Of a stretch of DNA of 64,000 bases, positions 54,933 to 64,000 are shown in pieces. The position numbers were made by a program, and so were the translations under genes. Below the pieces are notes generated by a model that worked only from the letters and a program-made list of their open reading frames with translations, did no database searches and was not told the origin of the DNA. The stretch is from an uncultured Anaerolineae bacterium (GTDB lineage Bacteria; Chloroflexota; Anaerolineae; Aggregatilineales; Ch27): the NCBI GenBank assembly GCA_964529715.1, contig CAZGXI010000022.1, forward strand, positions 21,794-85,793, given 5' to 3'. Position 1 is the first letter of the stretch, and the number at the start of each line of letters is the position of its first letter.

Positions 54933-56175
54933 TGATCTTCCGTTCCGGCACCGATTCGCGCGCCGACACGCGCGAGACACTCAACATCAGCCCGACGCCC
55001 GCCAGCGCCACCACCAACGACGACCCGCCGAAGCTGATAAACGGCAGCGGCACACCGCTGAACGGTAACACCGCCGTCATCACGGCGATATTCAGCAGCG
55101 CCTGGAAAGCGATCCAGCAGGCAATCCCCGACGCCAGCAGCGATCCGAAACTGTCCCGCGCCAGGCGCGCAATACGAAATCCTCGGACGACCAGCACCAC
55201 GAACAACACCGTCACCAAGACACAGCCAAGCAGACCTAACTCCTCTCCAATGATGGCGAAGATACTGTCGGTATGGGGGGCGGGCAAAAAGCCGAACTTC
55301 TGCCGCCCCTGCCCTAACCCCACGCCCATCACCCCGCCATTGAGAAAGGCAATCACAGCCTGTTGAACGTGGTAGCTGGCCGTCGTCAGATCCGACACGC
55401 CTGACAGGTAGGAAGACAGGCGCGCCCCGGCGTAAGTGATCTGCGAGGTCAACAGCCAGCCTGCCAGCGCCGCCAGGCCGCCCGTGATGCCCATTTGCAG
55501 CCAGTCGGCCCCGGCCAGAAAGAACATCGTGCCCGCCGACAGCAGCACCAGCGCCGCCGTGCTCAGGTCGGGCTGGAGGATGATCAGCCCGGCCACCGTC
55601 CCGACCAAAATCGAGAACGGGATCAGGCCGTAGGTGATGCGCCGAATTTTAGCTTGCTTGGCCGAAAGCCACGCCGCCATGTAGATGATCGTCGCTAGCT
55701 CGGCGGGTTCGCCCGGCTGGATCGAGCCGTTGAAAAACGACCGCTGCGCACCAAACAGTTCCGGCGCAGTTGCCAGCAATGCGATCAGACTGGCGATCAC
55801 GACCAGCATGATCCACAGCGCCAGGCGCTTCCAGATGCGATAGTCGATCAGGGCAAGCAACGCCATCACCACCAGCCCGATCCCCACCGAGCGCACCTGC
55901 CGCAAAAAGATCGTCGTCGGGTCGCCGTAAACTTGGTAGCTCCAGTCAAACGTGGTGCTGAAGACCATCATCAGGCCAATCGCCAACAGCATCCCCACGA
56001 CGATAACCAGGGGCAGGTCAACGTGAGAGCGAAACAGCCGCCGCCGCTCGGCGATGCGCAGTGGGTCAGGCGGCGTGACCGTCTCCGGCGCGCGCGCCAG
56101 GGTGCCGGTCGGCTTGATGCGCGGCGTTTTGGGCGGCGTGTATTCCTCATTTTCGACAAAGTCCGGCGCAGTCAT
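54850..56175 (-). CDS. ftsW: SEDS-family peptidoglycan polymerase FtsW
   Basis: QPGEPAELATIIYMAAWL, GQGRQKFGFLPAPHTDSIFAIIGEELG and LPFISFGGSSL. Confidence 0.85.
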   Translation of the reverse strand: MTAPDFVENEEYTPPKTPRIKPTGTLARAPETVTPPDPLRIAERRRLFRSHVDLPLVIVVGMLLAIGLMMVFSTTFDWSYQVYGDPTTIFLRQVRSVGIGLVVMALLALIDYRIWKRLALWIMLVVIASLIALLATAPELFGAQRSFFNGSIQPGEPAELATIIYMAAWLSAKQAKIRRITYGLIPFSILVGTVAGLIILQPDLSTAALVLLSAGTMFFLAGADWLQMGITGGLAALAGWLLTSQITYAGARLSSYLSGVSDLTTASYHVQQAVIAFLNGGVMGVGLGQGRQKFGFLPAPHTDSIFAIIGEELGLLGCVLVTVLFVVLVVRGFRIARLARDSFGSLLASGIACWIAFQALLNIAVMTAVLPFSGVPLPFISFGGSSLVVALAGVGLMLSVSRVSARESVPERKINESYDLSRGDGGRSVPRVRRSGSTPGR

Positions 56176-56312
56176 GCTAGATAGACCCCTACCCCGTGTG
56201 ATCGATTCCGTCTCTATTCTAGTGCGACAGTCAAAATACGCTAATGCGCCGCCGATCTACCAGAAAATACACCCCCATGAGGTCAAGTATAGCGTCGTCA
56301 TAGGCCCCGGTC

Positions 56313-57701
56313 TTACAACTGTCCCACCAATTCGCGGAAGTGCGCGCCGCGCTCCTCGAAGTCCCGGTAGGCGTCGTAGCTCGTGCCACCTGGTGAAAGC
56401 AGCACCACATCTCCCGGCCTGGCGACCCGCGCGGCTGCCATCACCGCCTCTTCCAACGTGTTCACCGTCTCGATGTGCGCCAAGAACGCGCCCGGTTGCG
56501 CTTCCAGCGCAGCGTGCAGTTGGCCCGCGATCATCGGCCCGGCTTCCCCAAACGTGATCGCCGTGCGCGCACGCGCCGCCGCCAGCGCCGCCAGGTCTTC
56601 CCAGGGCAACTTTTTATCACGTCCGCCCAACAACAGGATCAGTGGCTCGTCGTAACTACGTAACGCCGCCAGGACACGCTCCGGCGCGGTAGCGATGCTG
56701 TCGTTCACCCACGTCACACCATCTTTGCGCCGCACGACTTCCAACCGGTGTGGAACGCCTGTAAACTCGGCCACTGCGGCACGCATGGCGTCCAGCGAGA
56801 CACCCACTGTCCCTGTAATGGCGCACGCCGCCAGCACGTTAAGGACGTTATGATACCCGCGCAAACGGATGGCATCCCGCCGCAAAACGGAGCAGGTCGC
56901 ACCGTCTGGGCTGGCCATGCCGCTTAACATCAGGTGATCACCCGCCAGGAAGGCTCCATCTGCCACTGCCTCCCGCCCACTGAACCAGACCACCCGCCCC
57001 GGTGCGAGCGTGTGCAACGACGCGCTGCCCGCATCGTCCCGCCCCAGGATGGCCGCGCCCTGCGCCCCCTGAAACTGGATCAGACGCGCCTTCGCTGCCG
57101 TGTAGGCTTCCATGGTGCCGTGCCGATCCAGATGGTTCGGCGTGATGTTCAAGATCGCGCCGTAGCGGGGGCTGGTGATCGTCAATTCAAGTTGAAAACT
57201 GCTCAATTCCATCACCACCACGTCCGTTGGCCGGATGGTCGGCAACACGTCCAGCAGCACCACGCCGATATTGCCGCCGACGTGGGTCACGCGCCCGTCC
57301 GCCACACACATGCGCCCGACCAGGGTCGTGGTGGTCGTCTTGCCTGCGCTGCCGGTGATGCCGATCACGGGCGCAGGACAGCGTTCCAGGAACAACTGCG
57401 CGTCGTTGCTGACCGGCACGCCGCGCCGGATCGCTGCCTGGGCCAGTGGCGCGTCAAGCGAAACGCCACCGGACAGACACACCAGGTCGGCATCGTCGAG
57501 CAGGCTGGCAGGATGCTCTCCCAGCACGAACTCGACGCCCGCTGCGCGGTATGGCGCTAACTGGCCGCCGAACGACTCCTCAGGGCGCCGGTCGGTCACG
57601 GTGACGCGCGCGCCGACGGTCGGCAGCCAGCGGGCTAATGCCTGCCCCTGCCGCGCAAATCCCACCACCACCACCTGTTTGCCTTCGAGTGGATCATGCA
57701 T
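56313..57701 (-). CDS. murD: UDP-N-acetylmuramoylalanine--D-glutamate ligase MurD
   Basis: VVVVGFARQG, GITGSAGKTTTTTLV, NITPNHLDRH and VNDSIATAPE. Confidence 0.9.
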   Translation of the reverse strand: MHDPLEGKQVVVVGFARQGQALARWLPTVGARVTVTDRRPEESFGGQLAPYRAAGVEFVLGEHPASLLDDADLVCLSGGVSLDAPLAQAAIRRGVPVSNDAQLFLERCPAPVIGITGSAGKTTTTTLVGRMCVADGRVTHVGGNIGVVLLDVLPTIRPTDVVVMELSSFQLELTITSPRYGAILNITPNHLDRHGTMEAYTAAKARLIQFQGAQGAAILGRDDAGSASLHTLAPGRVVWFSGREAVADGAFLAGDHLMLSGMASPDGATCSVLRRDAIRLRGYHNVLNVLAACAITGTVGVSLDAMRAAVAEFTGVPHRLEVVRRKDGVTWVNDSIATAPERVLAALRSYDEPLILLLGGRDKKLPWEDLAALAAARARTAITFGEAGPMIAGQLHAALEAQPGAFLAHIETVNTLEEAVMAAARVARPGDVVLLSPGGTSYDAYRDFEERGAHFRELVGQL

Positions 57702-57718
57702 GGTTTAAGCACCCTGTC

Positions 57719-58729
57719 TCACACCAGGGCAAAGGCGATCCCGATCATCACCGCCAGCAGCCCGACCAGCCAGAATCGCTGCACAACCTGGGTCTCACTC
57801 CAGCCAGAAAGCTCAAAATGATGGTGCAGCGGCGCGAGGCGGAACAGCCGCCGCCCGCCCGTCAGACGGGCGTAAAGCACCTGAAGGATCACGCTGAAGG
57901 TTTCCACCACCGGGACGAACGCAATCACCGGCAGGAGCAGCCATTGACCGGTCATCAGGGCCACCGTCGCCAGGGTCGCGCCCAGCGCCAGCGATCCCGT
58001 GTCGCCCATGATCAGCCTGGCCGGGAGCGCGTTGTACCACAAAAAGGCGAAGATCGCCCCGACGATGATGAAACAGAACTGCACCAGGTAAATCTGCCGC
58101 TGGAGGTAGGCAATCACGGCATAGGCGGCAAAGGCGCTGGCGACGATGATCCCAGCCAGGCCGTCCACGCCGTCGGTGATGTTGACCGCGTTGGACATAC
58201 CGACGATGAAGAACACGGCCACCGGAATCCACAGGGCAGGCGAAACCGACACGGTAACGCCAAGCAGGGGTATGGTGACGGCATTGGCATACTGGACGTT
58301 GCCCAACGACATTACCAACGCTACCCCCACCGCCAGGACGATCTGCGCCGCAAACTTGACACGCGGCGAGAGGCCCTCGCCCTTCTCGTGCAGCCCGCGC
58401 ACGCCCTCCCAATCGTCGATAGCGCCCAGCACGGCAAACCCGGCCAGCACCGACAGCGGCAGCAGGATGCTCCTGCCGGTAGCGACGAAGTCCGGGTTCA
58501 GCAAGCTGGCGACGTTAAGAGCCAGGGTCAGCAGGATGGCCGGGATCAGGATCATCAGCCCGCCAAAAGTCGGCGTGCCGGTCTTGGCCTGGTGATGGCT
58601 CAGGCTCTCCCGAATCTGTTTGCCCATCCCCAGGCGCTTGAGCATGGTAATGAACGGATCGCCCCAGATGACGGCCAGCATAAATGCCGTGCCGCCCATC
58701 GTCAGGGCTACAGGAAGATCACCAGGCAT
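57719..58729 (-). CDS. mraY: Phospho-N-acetylmuramoyl-pentapeptide transferase MraY
   Basis: KTGTPTFGGL, NAVNITDGVDGLA, GDTGSLALG and LAPLHHHFEL. Confidence 0.9.
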   Translation of the reverse strand: MPGDLPVALTMGGTAFMLAVIWGDPFITMLKRLGMGKQIRESLSHHQAKTGTPTFGGLMILIPAILLTLALNVASLLNPDFVATGRSILLPLSVLAGFAVLGAIDDWEGVRGLHEKGEGLSPRVKFAAQIVLAVGVALVMSLGNVQYANAVTIPLLGVTVSVSPALWIPVAVFFIVGMSNAVNITDGVDGLAGIIVASAFAAYAVIAYLQRQIYLVQFCFIIVGAIFAFLWYNALPARLIMGDTGSLALGATLATVALMTGQWLLLPVIAFVPVVETFSVILQVLYARLTGGRRLFRLAPLHHHFELSGWSETQVVQRFWLVGLLAVMIGIAFALV

Positions 58730-58761
58730 TACATATCCTTTCGCGTGTGGTGTCTTTGCGC

Positions 58762-60492
58762 CTATGGGTTCATCATCCCGATCTGCCCGCCGCGCGCAGC
58801 CAGTTCGTAACGCTCTGCGTCCGGTGGGATTTGCAGCAAAATCACCAGCCGCTCAGCCAACCGGGCAAAGGCGGGCGCCGCCGTCATGCTGCCCCATTCG
58901 CTGGCCGTCGGACGATCCAGCTTGATCAAGATTATCACCTGGGGATCATCGGCAGGCAGAAAGCCGATAAAACTGGCAATTGTCGCGCCCTGCTCGTAAC
59001 CGTCCGGCGAGGGAATCTGCGCCGTACCCGACTTGCCCGCGACAGTGTAGCCGGGCACCTGCGCGCGATCCACGCCATACTGCACCACCTGGACCAGCAT
59101 GTCGCGCACCATGCGCGCCGTCTCCGCCGAGATAGGACGTCCAATCGGCGAGGGCCGCGTCGTGTGGATCGTCTCGCCATCGATGATCTGGTGGACCACA
59201 TGCGGCTGCATCATCAGGCCGCCGTTGGCAATGGCGCTGACAGCCACCAGCAGTTGCAGTGGCGTCACCGCCAATCCTTGCCCGAAGCTGTTGGTACAGA
59301 GGGTACTCTCCTGCCAGCCGGGATCGCCCGGCATAAGCAACGTCCCCGAAGCCTCGCCCTCCAGGTCTACCAGCGTCGGCTGGCCGATGCCGAACTCCAC
59401 AATACGCCGGTAGAAACGCTCCGGCCCCATGCTCATCACGACGGTCGTCGTGCCGACATTCAAGGACTGCACCAATACCTGCGTCATGTCGATCAGGCCG
59501 TGTGCAGCGTTATCCCAGTTGTTGATTGTGACACCGCCACAGGCGATGCTGGCCTGATCGTTGTAGGTACTACCGGGCAGCACAACGCCCTCCTCAATGG
59601 CTGCCGCCATCGTCAGGATTTTGAAGACCGACCCCGGCTCGTATTGCTCGCTAATGGCCGGGTTGATCAGAGCATTTTCGTCCACCGTCTCATAGTAGGT
59701 GTTGGGGTCAAAGGATGGGTAGCTCGCCATCGCCAGAATTTCGCCGTTGCGCGGGTTCATGATGATGATCGTGCCCCGCTGCGCCCCGTATTCCTGGATG
59801 GCGTGCTGAAGCTCCGACTCGGCTAAAAACTGCACATCGCGGTCGATGGTCAGGACCAGGTCACGGCCCCGCCCCGCCGTAACCTGTAAAGACACTTCCA
59901 GGGGCACTGCGCTCTCCTCACTGACCCGACTTTGCCCGGCCAGGTCGCGCTGATAGGCCCCTTCTACGCCGTAGTAGCCCTGACCATCGGAGGCGACGAA
60001 ACCGATCACCTGGGCACCTAACATCTGCTGCGGGTAGGCTCGCCGGGGGATAGGCGTGATCTCCACGCCGGTGATGTCCAGGTCCTCGACCGCCTGCCCA
60101 ATCGCCGCACTCACCGGACGGGCCAGCAAAGCCCAACTCCGGTCAGAAGTCAACAGGTTGTAGATTGCCAGTTCGTCCGCGTTCAAAACGACGGCCAGAT
60201 CGCGCGCGGCCTGCGCAGGGTCGGTGATCAACGGCGGGTTAACGCCGATCTCGTATTCCAGCGTGTTCACTGCCAGCAGTTCGCCGTCCCGGTCATAAAT
60301 CTGCCCGCGCGTGGGCTGGTATTCCCGCACCCGGACATAGGCCCGACTAGCCTGGCGTTGGAAGTAATCCACCACCTCCGGGTCCATCTGGAACTGGATC
60401 ATCACCAGGCGCGCCAGCAGCAACACACTGAGCACGATCAGCGCCCCGGCGATCAACGTTAGCCGTCGGGCAAACACATCTTGCATACTCAT
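58762..60492 (-). CDS. ftsI: Class B penicillin-binding protein (FtsI/PBP2-type transpeptidase)
   Basis: N-terminal TM helix and dimerisation domain, then the active site SVFKI, followed by SLN (SxN) and KSGTA. Start at ATG 60492 (ATGA overlap with the upstream stop). Confidence 0.85.
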   Translation of the reverse strand: MSMQDVFARRLTLIAGALIVLSVLLLARLVMIQFQMDPEVVDYFQRQASRAYVRVREYQPTRGQIYDRDGELLAVNTLEYEIGVNPPLITDPAQAARDLAVVLNADELAIYNLLTSDRSWALLARPVSAAIGQAVEDLDITGVEITPIPRRAYPQQMLGAQVIGFVASDGQGYYGVEGAYQRDLAGQSRVSEESAVPLEVSLQVTAGRGRDLVLTIDRDVQFLAESELQHAIQEYGAQRGTIIIMNPRNGEILAMASYPSFDPNTYYETVDENALINPAISEQYEPGSVFKILTMAAAIEEGVVLPGSTYNDQASIACGGVTINNWDNAAHGLIDMTQVLVQSLNVGTTTVVMSMGPERFYRRIVEFGIGQPTLVDLEGEASGTLLMPGDPGWQESTLCTNSFGQGLAVTPLQLLVAVSAIANGGLMMQPHVVHQIIDGETIHTTRPSPIGRPISAETARMVRDMLVQVVQYGVDRAQVPGYTVAGKSGTAQIPSPDGYEQGATIASFIGFLPADDPQVIILIKLDRPTASEWGSMTAAPAFARLAERLVILLQIPPDAERYELAARGGQIGMMNP

Positions 60493-61055
60493 GGCAGCCC
60501 TTGCTCCACTGGCCCTCCCGCCGACTCTCCCCCGGCCCAATCTTCAAACTGCTGGACCAGGGCTTCCCACTGACGCTGCAACCAGCCCGACAGCGTTTCG
60601 TCGTAAGCGGGCAGCGTATCGTCTGCCTGCAACGGCGCGACACTCTCCGGGCGCTGCGGCACATAGCCTTCGACCACCAGGTATTCGATCTGGGTACGCT
60701 CTGCCAGGGTGAAACCCAGCTCGGTCGCCCGCGTAATCAGGCGCGGCACGCTGCGCAGCACGGCAATTTCGGCACGAAGCTGTTCGTTCTCACGCTCTAG
60801 GCGCGCCCGACGCGCCACCAGCTCTTCTAACTGGCGGTTTGTCGTGACCGTCATGGTAGCTTGCGCCAAGTACAACGCGCCAATGATGATCGCCACGATC
60901 AACGCCAGGGCTGCAACCGCCGCCGCCTGTCCCTGCTGTCGCCAGGGGGCGGCCCGCAGCGCGTGTTGAATCCACTGAGGACGTTGTGGTTTTTCCCTTT
61001 GCGCCACGCTGACTTCGCTCCATTGCCCGGCTAGCCGGCTGCCTACTATCCACAA
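60489..61055 (-). CDS. FtsL-like bitopic cell division protein
   Basis: A single TM helix (AAVAALALIVAIIIGALYL) followed by a coiled coil (QLEELVARRARLERENEQLRAEIAVL), in the ftsL position between rsmH and ftsI. The start is uncertain. Confidence 0.5.
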   Translation of the reverse strand: MWIVGSRLAGQWSEVSVAQREKPQRPQWIQHALRAAPWRQQGQAAAVAALALIVAIIIGALYLAQATMTVTTNRQLEELVARRARLERENEQLRAEIAVLRSVPRLITRATELGFTLAERTQIEYLVVEGYVPQRPESVAPLQADDTLPAYDETLSGWLQRQWEALVQQFEDWAGGESAGGPVEQGLP

Positions 61056-61084
61056 CTTCCGGCAACTGCCGCCGGAATGCTATT

Positions 61085-62002
61085 TTACAGCTTTTCCACC
61101 GCACGCAACCTGGCGCTGCGACTGCGCGGATTGGCCGCGATCTCGGTGGCGCTCACCGTCACCGGCTTGCGCGTGATCGGGCGCACGCTGGCGCGATGTC
61201 CACAGGTACACACCGGCTGTCCCGCTGGGCAGAGGCAGGCGGTGCTTTCCCGCTTGAAGAACTGCTTAACAATGCGATCCTCCAGGCTGTGAAAGCTGAT
61301 CACCGCCAGGCGACCGCCCGGCCTCAGCAACGCCACCGCCTGCGGCAGCACCCGCTCCAACACGCCGAGTTCGTCGTTGACAGCAATGCGCAATGCCTGA
61401 AACGTGCGCGTGGCCGGATGAATTTTTTCTTTCCGGGGGCGGCTGCCGGCGATGGCCTGGGCCAGTTCCACTGTTCGAGAAAAAGGCCGCCCCTGCACAA
61501 TGCGGCGCGCAATGCGGCGGCTATCCACGTCTTCGCCATAGCGCCAGATCAAATCGGCCAATTCGTCTTCATCGAGGGTGTTCACCAGGTCCGCCGCCGT
61601 CGGGCCACCGCCAGTGGCATCCATACGCATATCCAGTGGGCCATCGCGCAGAAACGAGAACCCCCGCGCCGGATCGTCCAGGTGCATCGATGACACGCCC
61701 AGGTCCATCAGGATAGCGTCCGCCGCTGCAATACCCGCCGTCGCAGCCACTTCGGACAGGCGATCAAAGCAGGCATGAACCAGGGTCACGCGCGGACCGA
61801 ACTCCGCCAACCGCTCCCGTGCCAGGGCCAGCGCCGCTGCGTCCTGATCGATACCCAGCAGCCGCCCCTGAGGGCCAGCTGCCGCGAGCATCGCCGCCGC
61901 GTGACCACCCGCGCCGACCGTCGCATCGACGATGATCGCGCCGGGGTGGATATTCACGGCATCCAAAACGGCGTCCAGCAGTACCGGAACATGCGGCTGC
62001 AT
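61085..62002 (-). CDS. rsmH: 16S rRNA (cytosine1402-N4)-methyltransferase RsmH (MraW)
   Basis: HVPVLL, VDATVGAGGHA, LMDLGVSS, DMRMD, ISFHSLEDRIVK and NPRSRSARLR. Confidence 0.9.
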   Translation of the reverse strand: MQPHVPVLLDAVLDAVNIHPGAIIVDATVGAGGHAAAMLAAAGPQGRLLGIDQDAAALALARERLAEFGPRVTLVHACFDRLSEVAATAGIAAADAILMDLGVSSMHLDDPARGFSFLRDGPLDMRMDATGGGPTAADLVNTLDEDELADLIWRYGEDVDSRRIARRIVQGRPFSRTVELAQAIAGSRPRKEKIHPATRTFQALRIAVNDELGVLERVLPQAVALLRPGGRLAVISFHSLEDRIVKQFFKRESTACLCPAGQPVCTCGHRASVRPITRKPVTVSATEIAANPRSRSARLRAVEKL

Positions 62003-62132
62003 CCCACAACCCCTTTCACTTTACCAGACTGATGATATACATTCTGCGTGACCTTTGCGATCTCTGGGGTAAAAGGGATGAAAGGCTTCTCACGCCCACC
62101 CAGACATGAATGGACGAACAGAGGATTCTTCC

Positions 62133-63608
62133 ATGAAACCTGCCGCCAAAACCCGCGCTGTGCTGGCGTTCGGCGTGGCCCTGCTGCTGGCCTTCTGGAT
62201 CACGCGGCTGCTGGCCGTCGATGCCTTTCCGCCGTTCATCGACGAGATGCTGCACATCCACGTCAGTGAGCGCGCCGCCCAACAAAGCGTGTTCGTCCAG
62301 GCCGACCTGGGCCGCCTGCTGACGATCTGGTGGCACATGATCTTTCGCTCCTACGCCGCCGCGCCGATCTGGATTGCCCGCGCGGCGACGGTGCTGGCCG
62401 TGCTGCCGGGAGTCGCCGCCGCCATTGGACTGGGCAGGCTGGCCGCCGGCGGGTGGGGCGCACTGCTGGCAGGGCTGCTTTATCTGTTTAGCGCGTATCA
62501 CCAGTTTTACGAGCGGTTAGCTTTGGCCGATCCACTATCCGGCGCGGCGCTGTCGCTGGCGCTGTACTTCGCCTATCGACTGGCGCGCCGGGCGAACCTG
62601 CGGGATGCAGCAGCGGTAGGAGTCATGCTGTACATCGCATTCCTGGCGAAAGTCACCGCCCTGCCCTACCTGGGAATCCCATTGGCGGCGGCGCTGACCC
62701 TGCGCCCGGCGGGCCGGACGTGGCGGAAACAGGGGCGCTGGCTGGCCGTCGCGCTGATTATCCCTATCGTCCTGATCAGCGTGACGGTCGTCGGGTTGCG
62801 CCTGCGCGAATATGATCTGCTGACCAATTCGCTCGGCTATGCGTTGAGCAATCGCGGTCCGGTCGAGGCAGGCGAAGTGTTCTCCCTCTCGCGCATCGCC
62901 GGTAATATCGCCCGCACCTTCGACGTGCTGGCAGGCTATACCGGAGTTGCGGCGACGATCCTGCTGCTGATCGCCGTGATCGTTCTGGCGATCCGCCGCC
63001 ATCTGTATCTGCCACTGTGCCTGCTGGCCCCGCTGGTGCTAGTCTGGCTCAGTCGCCCGCAGACGTCGCGCTACCTGCTCGTGCCGATGACGATCCTGCT
63101 ACTGTGCGGCGCGGCCATGTTAGCCAACGCCGTTCGCCGCCGGGGACGGGTTGCCCAATTTGCGGCGCTCGGCCTTGTGCTCGTGTGGGGGGCAGCGCAA
63201 TGGCTGCCCTTCGCCTGGACCGCCGCCCGTGCGCCGCTGGACATCCCTCTGCCGCCGGGCGATTACGAGGAATATGTGCTGTCAGACGCCGCCGGGTTTG
63301 GCCTGGCCGAGGCGCGCGATTACTTACGTTCCCTTGCCCCGCGTGAGGTGCTCGGCCTGCTGTCGAACTGCCAGGGCTTACGCTACCTATCCTGGCAGGA
63401 TTTCCCCGTGACATGCCAGCGCATCAGCCCCAACGGCGAAGACATTTCCGCGCTGGCGGCCCTGATGGATCAGCGTCGCGCAGCAGGCGTCTATGTGGTG
63501 CTGGAAAACTCACCCTACGTGCCCGCCACTGCGCCGGGGCGGCTGCTCACCGTGATTGAGCGCCCCGGCGGGCGGGCCAACCTGGCGATTTACGACCTTG
63601 CACCTTGA
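62133..63608 (+). CDS. GT-C fold membrane glycosyltransferase (ArnT/PMT_2-like)
   Basis: Multi-TM protein with a first-loop DE motif (FPPFIDEMLH) and a soluble C-terminal domain. Start taken at ATG 62133 (SD AGAGGA). The track start is 62106. Confidence 0.5.
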   Translation: MKPAAKTRAVLAFGVALLLAFWITRLLAVDAFPPFIDEMLHIHVSERAAQQSVFVQADLGRLLTIWWHMIFRSYAAAPIWIARAATVLAVLPGVAAAIGLGRLAAGGWGALLAGLLYLFSAYHQFYERLALADPLSGAALSLALYFAYRLARRANLRDAAAVGVMLYIAFLAKVTALPYLGIPLAAALTLRPAGRTWRKQGRWLAVALIIPIVLISVTVVGLRLREYDLLTNSLGYALSNRGPVEAGEVFSLSRIAGNIARTFDVLAGYTGVAATILLLIAVIVLAIRRHLYLPLCLLAPLVLVWLSRPQTSRYLLVPMTILLLCGAAMLANAVRRRGRVAQFAALGLVLVWGAAQWLPFAWTAARAPLDIPLPPGDYEEYVLSDAAGFGLAEARDYLRSLAPREVLGLLSNCQGLRYLSWQDFPVTCQRISPNGEDISALAALMDQRRAAGVYVVLENSPYVPATAPGRLLTVIERPGGRANLAIYDLAP

Positions 63609-63614
63609 GCCGGT

Positions 63615-64000
63615 TTATTGTCCGGGCAGATCAACGGTGCACTGCCCCGCCCCGGCAAGACAGGTCACCAGCAGCGCGCCGTACTGCCGCACCTCGAAAT
63701 CGCAATCCGTCCAGACCTGCTCCTCCGGTCGCGCCGTGATCCAAGCATCGCGGGAGGCGCAGGCAGGCGGGTCGCTCGCGCCAAACGGCCAGGTTTGTAG
63801 ACAGTGCCCCGCTGGGAAGGCGTCGAGCGACGAGTATAAATACTCGGTGTCCCAACGCTCAACGTCCAGCAACATACCGCCGCAGGCCAACTGCAAGCCG
63901 TTCAGGTTCAGCAGGTGGGACGAGGCATTGATCAGGGACAGCGCGTGATCGTCGTAGATGAGCAGCACGTCCGCTGCGGGCGCATCCGTCGGTGGAACGG
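63615..64000 (-). CDS. Cys-rich hypothetical protein, C-terminal part (ORF open to the right window edge)
   Basis: The frame stays open upstream of the GTG at 63968 to position 63998 (VPPTDAPAAD-VLLIYDDHALSLIN...). Six Cys fall in the last 90 residues. No family recognised. Confidence 0.35.
   Translation of the reverse strand, partial: VPPTDAPAADVLLIYDDHALSLINASSHLLNLNGLQLACGGMLLDVERWDTEYLYSSLDAFPAGHCLQTWPFGASDPPACASRDAWITARPEEQVWTDCDFEVRQYGALLVTCLAGAGQCTVDLPGQ

Noticed and set aside
57638-58810. 390-aa plus-strand ORF antisense to mraY (plus 58684..59826, 54024..54917, 51852..52724, 48685..49800, 47063..48160, 31245..32318, 32969..33952 and 28415..29245, each antisense to a called gene)
   Set aside because: Each overlaps a gene with clear family motifs on the other strand and itself has none. 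These are high-GC mirror ORFs.
62003-62105. Hidden mraZ upstream of rsmH
   Set aside because: Only 103 nt separate rsmH from the divergent GT-C gene, and there is no ORF. mraZ (about 150 aa) cannot fit.

Overview
High-GC (by eye above 60 percent) bacterial chromosomal window. It is almost fully coding, and most genes are on the minus strand. PT-rich linkers in secreted proteins, an LPXTG protein, FemAB genes and split respiratory operons suggest a Chloroflexota-like organism, but I cannot verify taxonomy from sequence alone.

Gene blocks, left to right:
- 1-6.5 kb: a solute-binding protein fused to SH3b (partial), yqeK, dprA, a small operon of unknown function, a GNAT and a PerM-type permease.
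- 6.6-9.4 kb: rpsO-pnp.
- 9.6-15.6 kb: DinB, an APH-like kinase, MazG, a glycan-initiation pair (GT2 plus polyprenyl-phosphate sugar transferase) and a displaced murE.
- 15.8-18.3 kb: an Fo-only ATP synthase operon (atpZ-like, a, c, and a b subunit carrying a delta C-terminal domain).
- 18.5-28.1 kb: a complex I operon of membrane subunits only (nuoA-H-J-K-L-M-M-N), with two NuoM genes and an elongated NuoL.
- 28.4-33.8 kb: a plus-strand cell-wall cluster (FemAB, GNAT, SGNH hydrolase, FemAB), followed by a minus-strand Tat/LPXTG DUF362 protein.
- 34-41 kb: a cyclase-family gene and a 2092-aa thioester alpha-2-macroglobulin.
- 41.2-46.8 kb: an orphan receiver domain, DUF218, an intein-containing class II ribonucleotide reductase and nrdR.
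- 47.1-62 kb: a dcw cluster (rsmH-ftsL-ftsI-mraY-murD-ftsW-murG-cvpA-murC-murB-ftsQ-ftsA-ftsZ).
- 62.1-64 kb: a GT-C glycosyltransferase and a partial Cys-rich gene.

I found no rRNA, tRNA, CRISPR array, transposase or recognisable defence system.

Most notable observations:
- The membrane-sector-only organisation of both complex I and ATP synthase.
- The b-delta(CTD) fusion.
- An internal duplication in the NuoL lateral helix that matches the extra NuoM.
- A family of inverted heptanucleotide tandem-repeat elements in three intergenic sites.
- A perfect palindrome embedded in-frame in one FemAB paralog.
- The FemAB/LPXTG neighbourhood.

All calls rest on my reading of the translations and of motifs. 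No searches or computations were run. Start codons were chosen by inspecting Shine-Dalgarno (SD) sequences and are less certain than stops.
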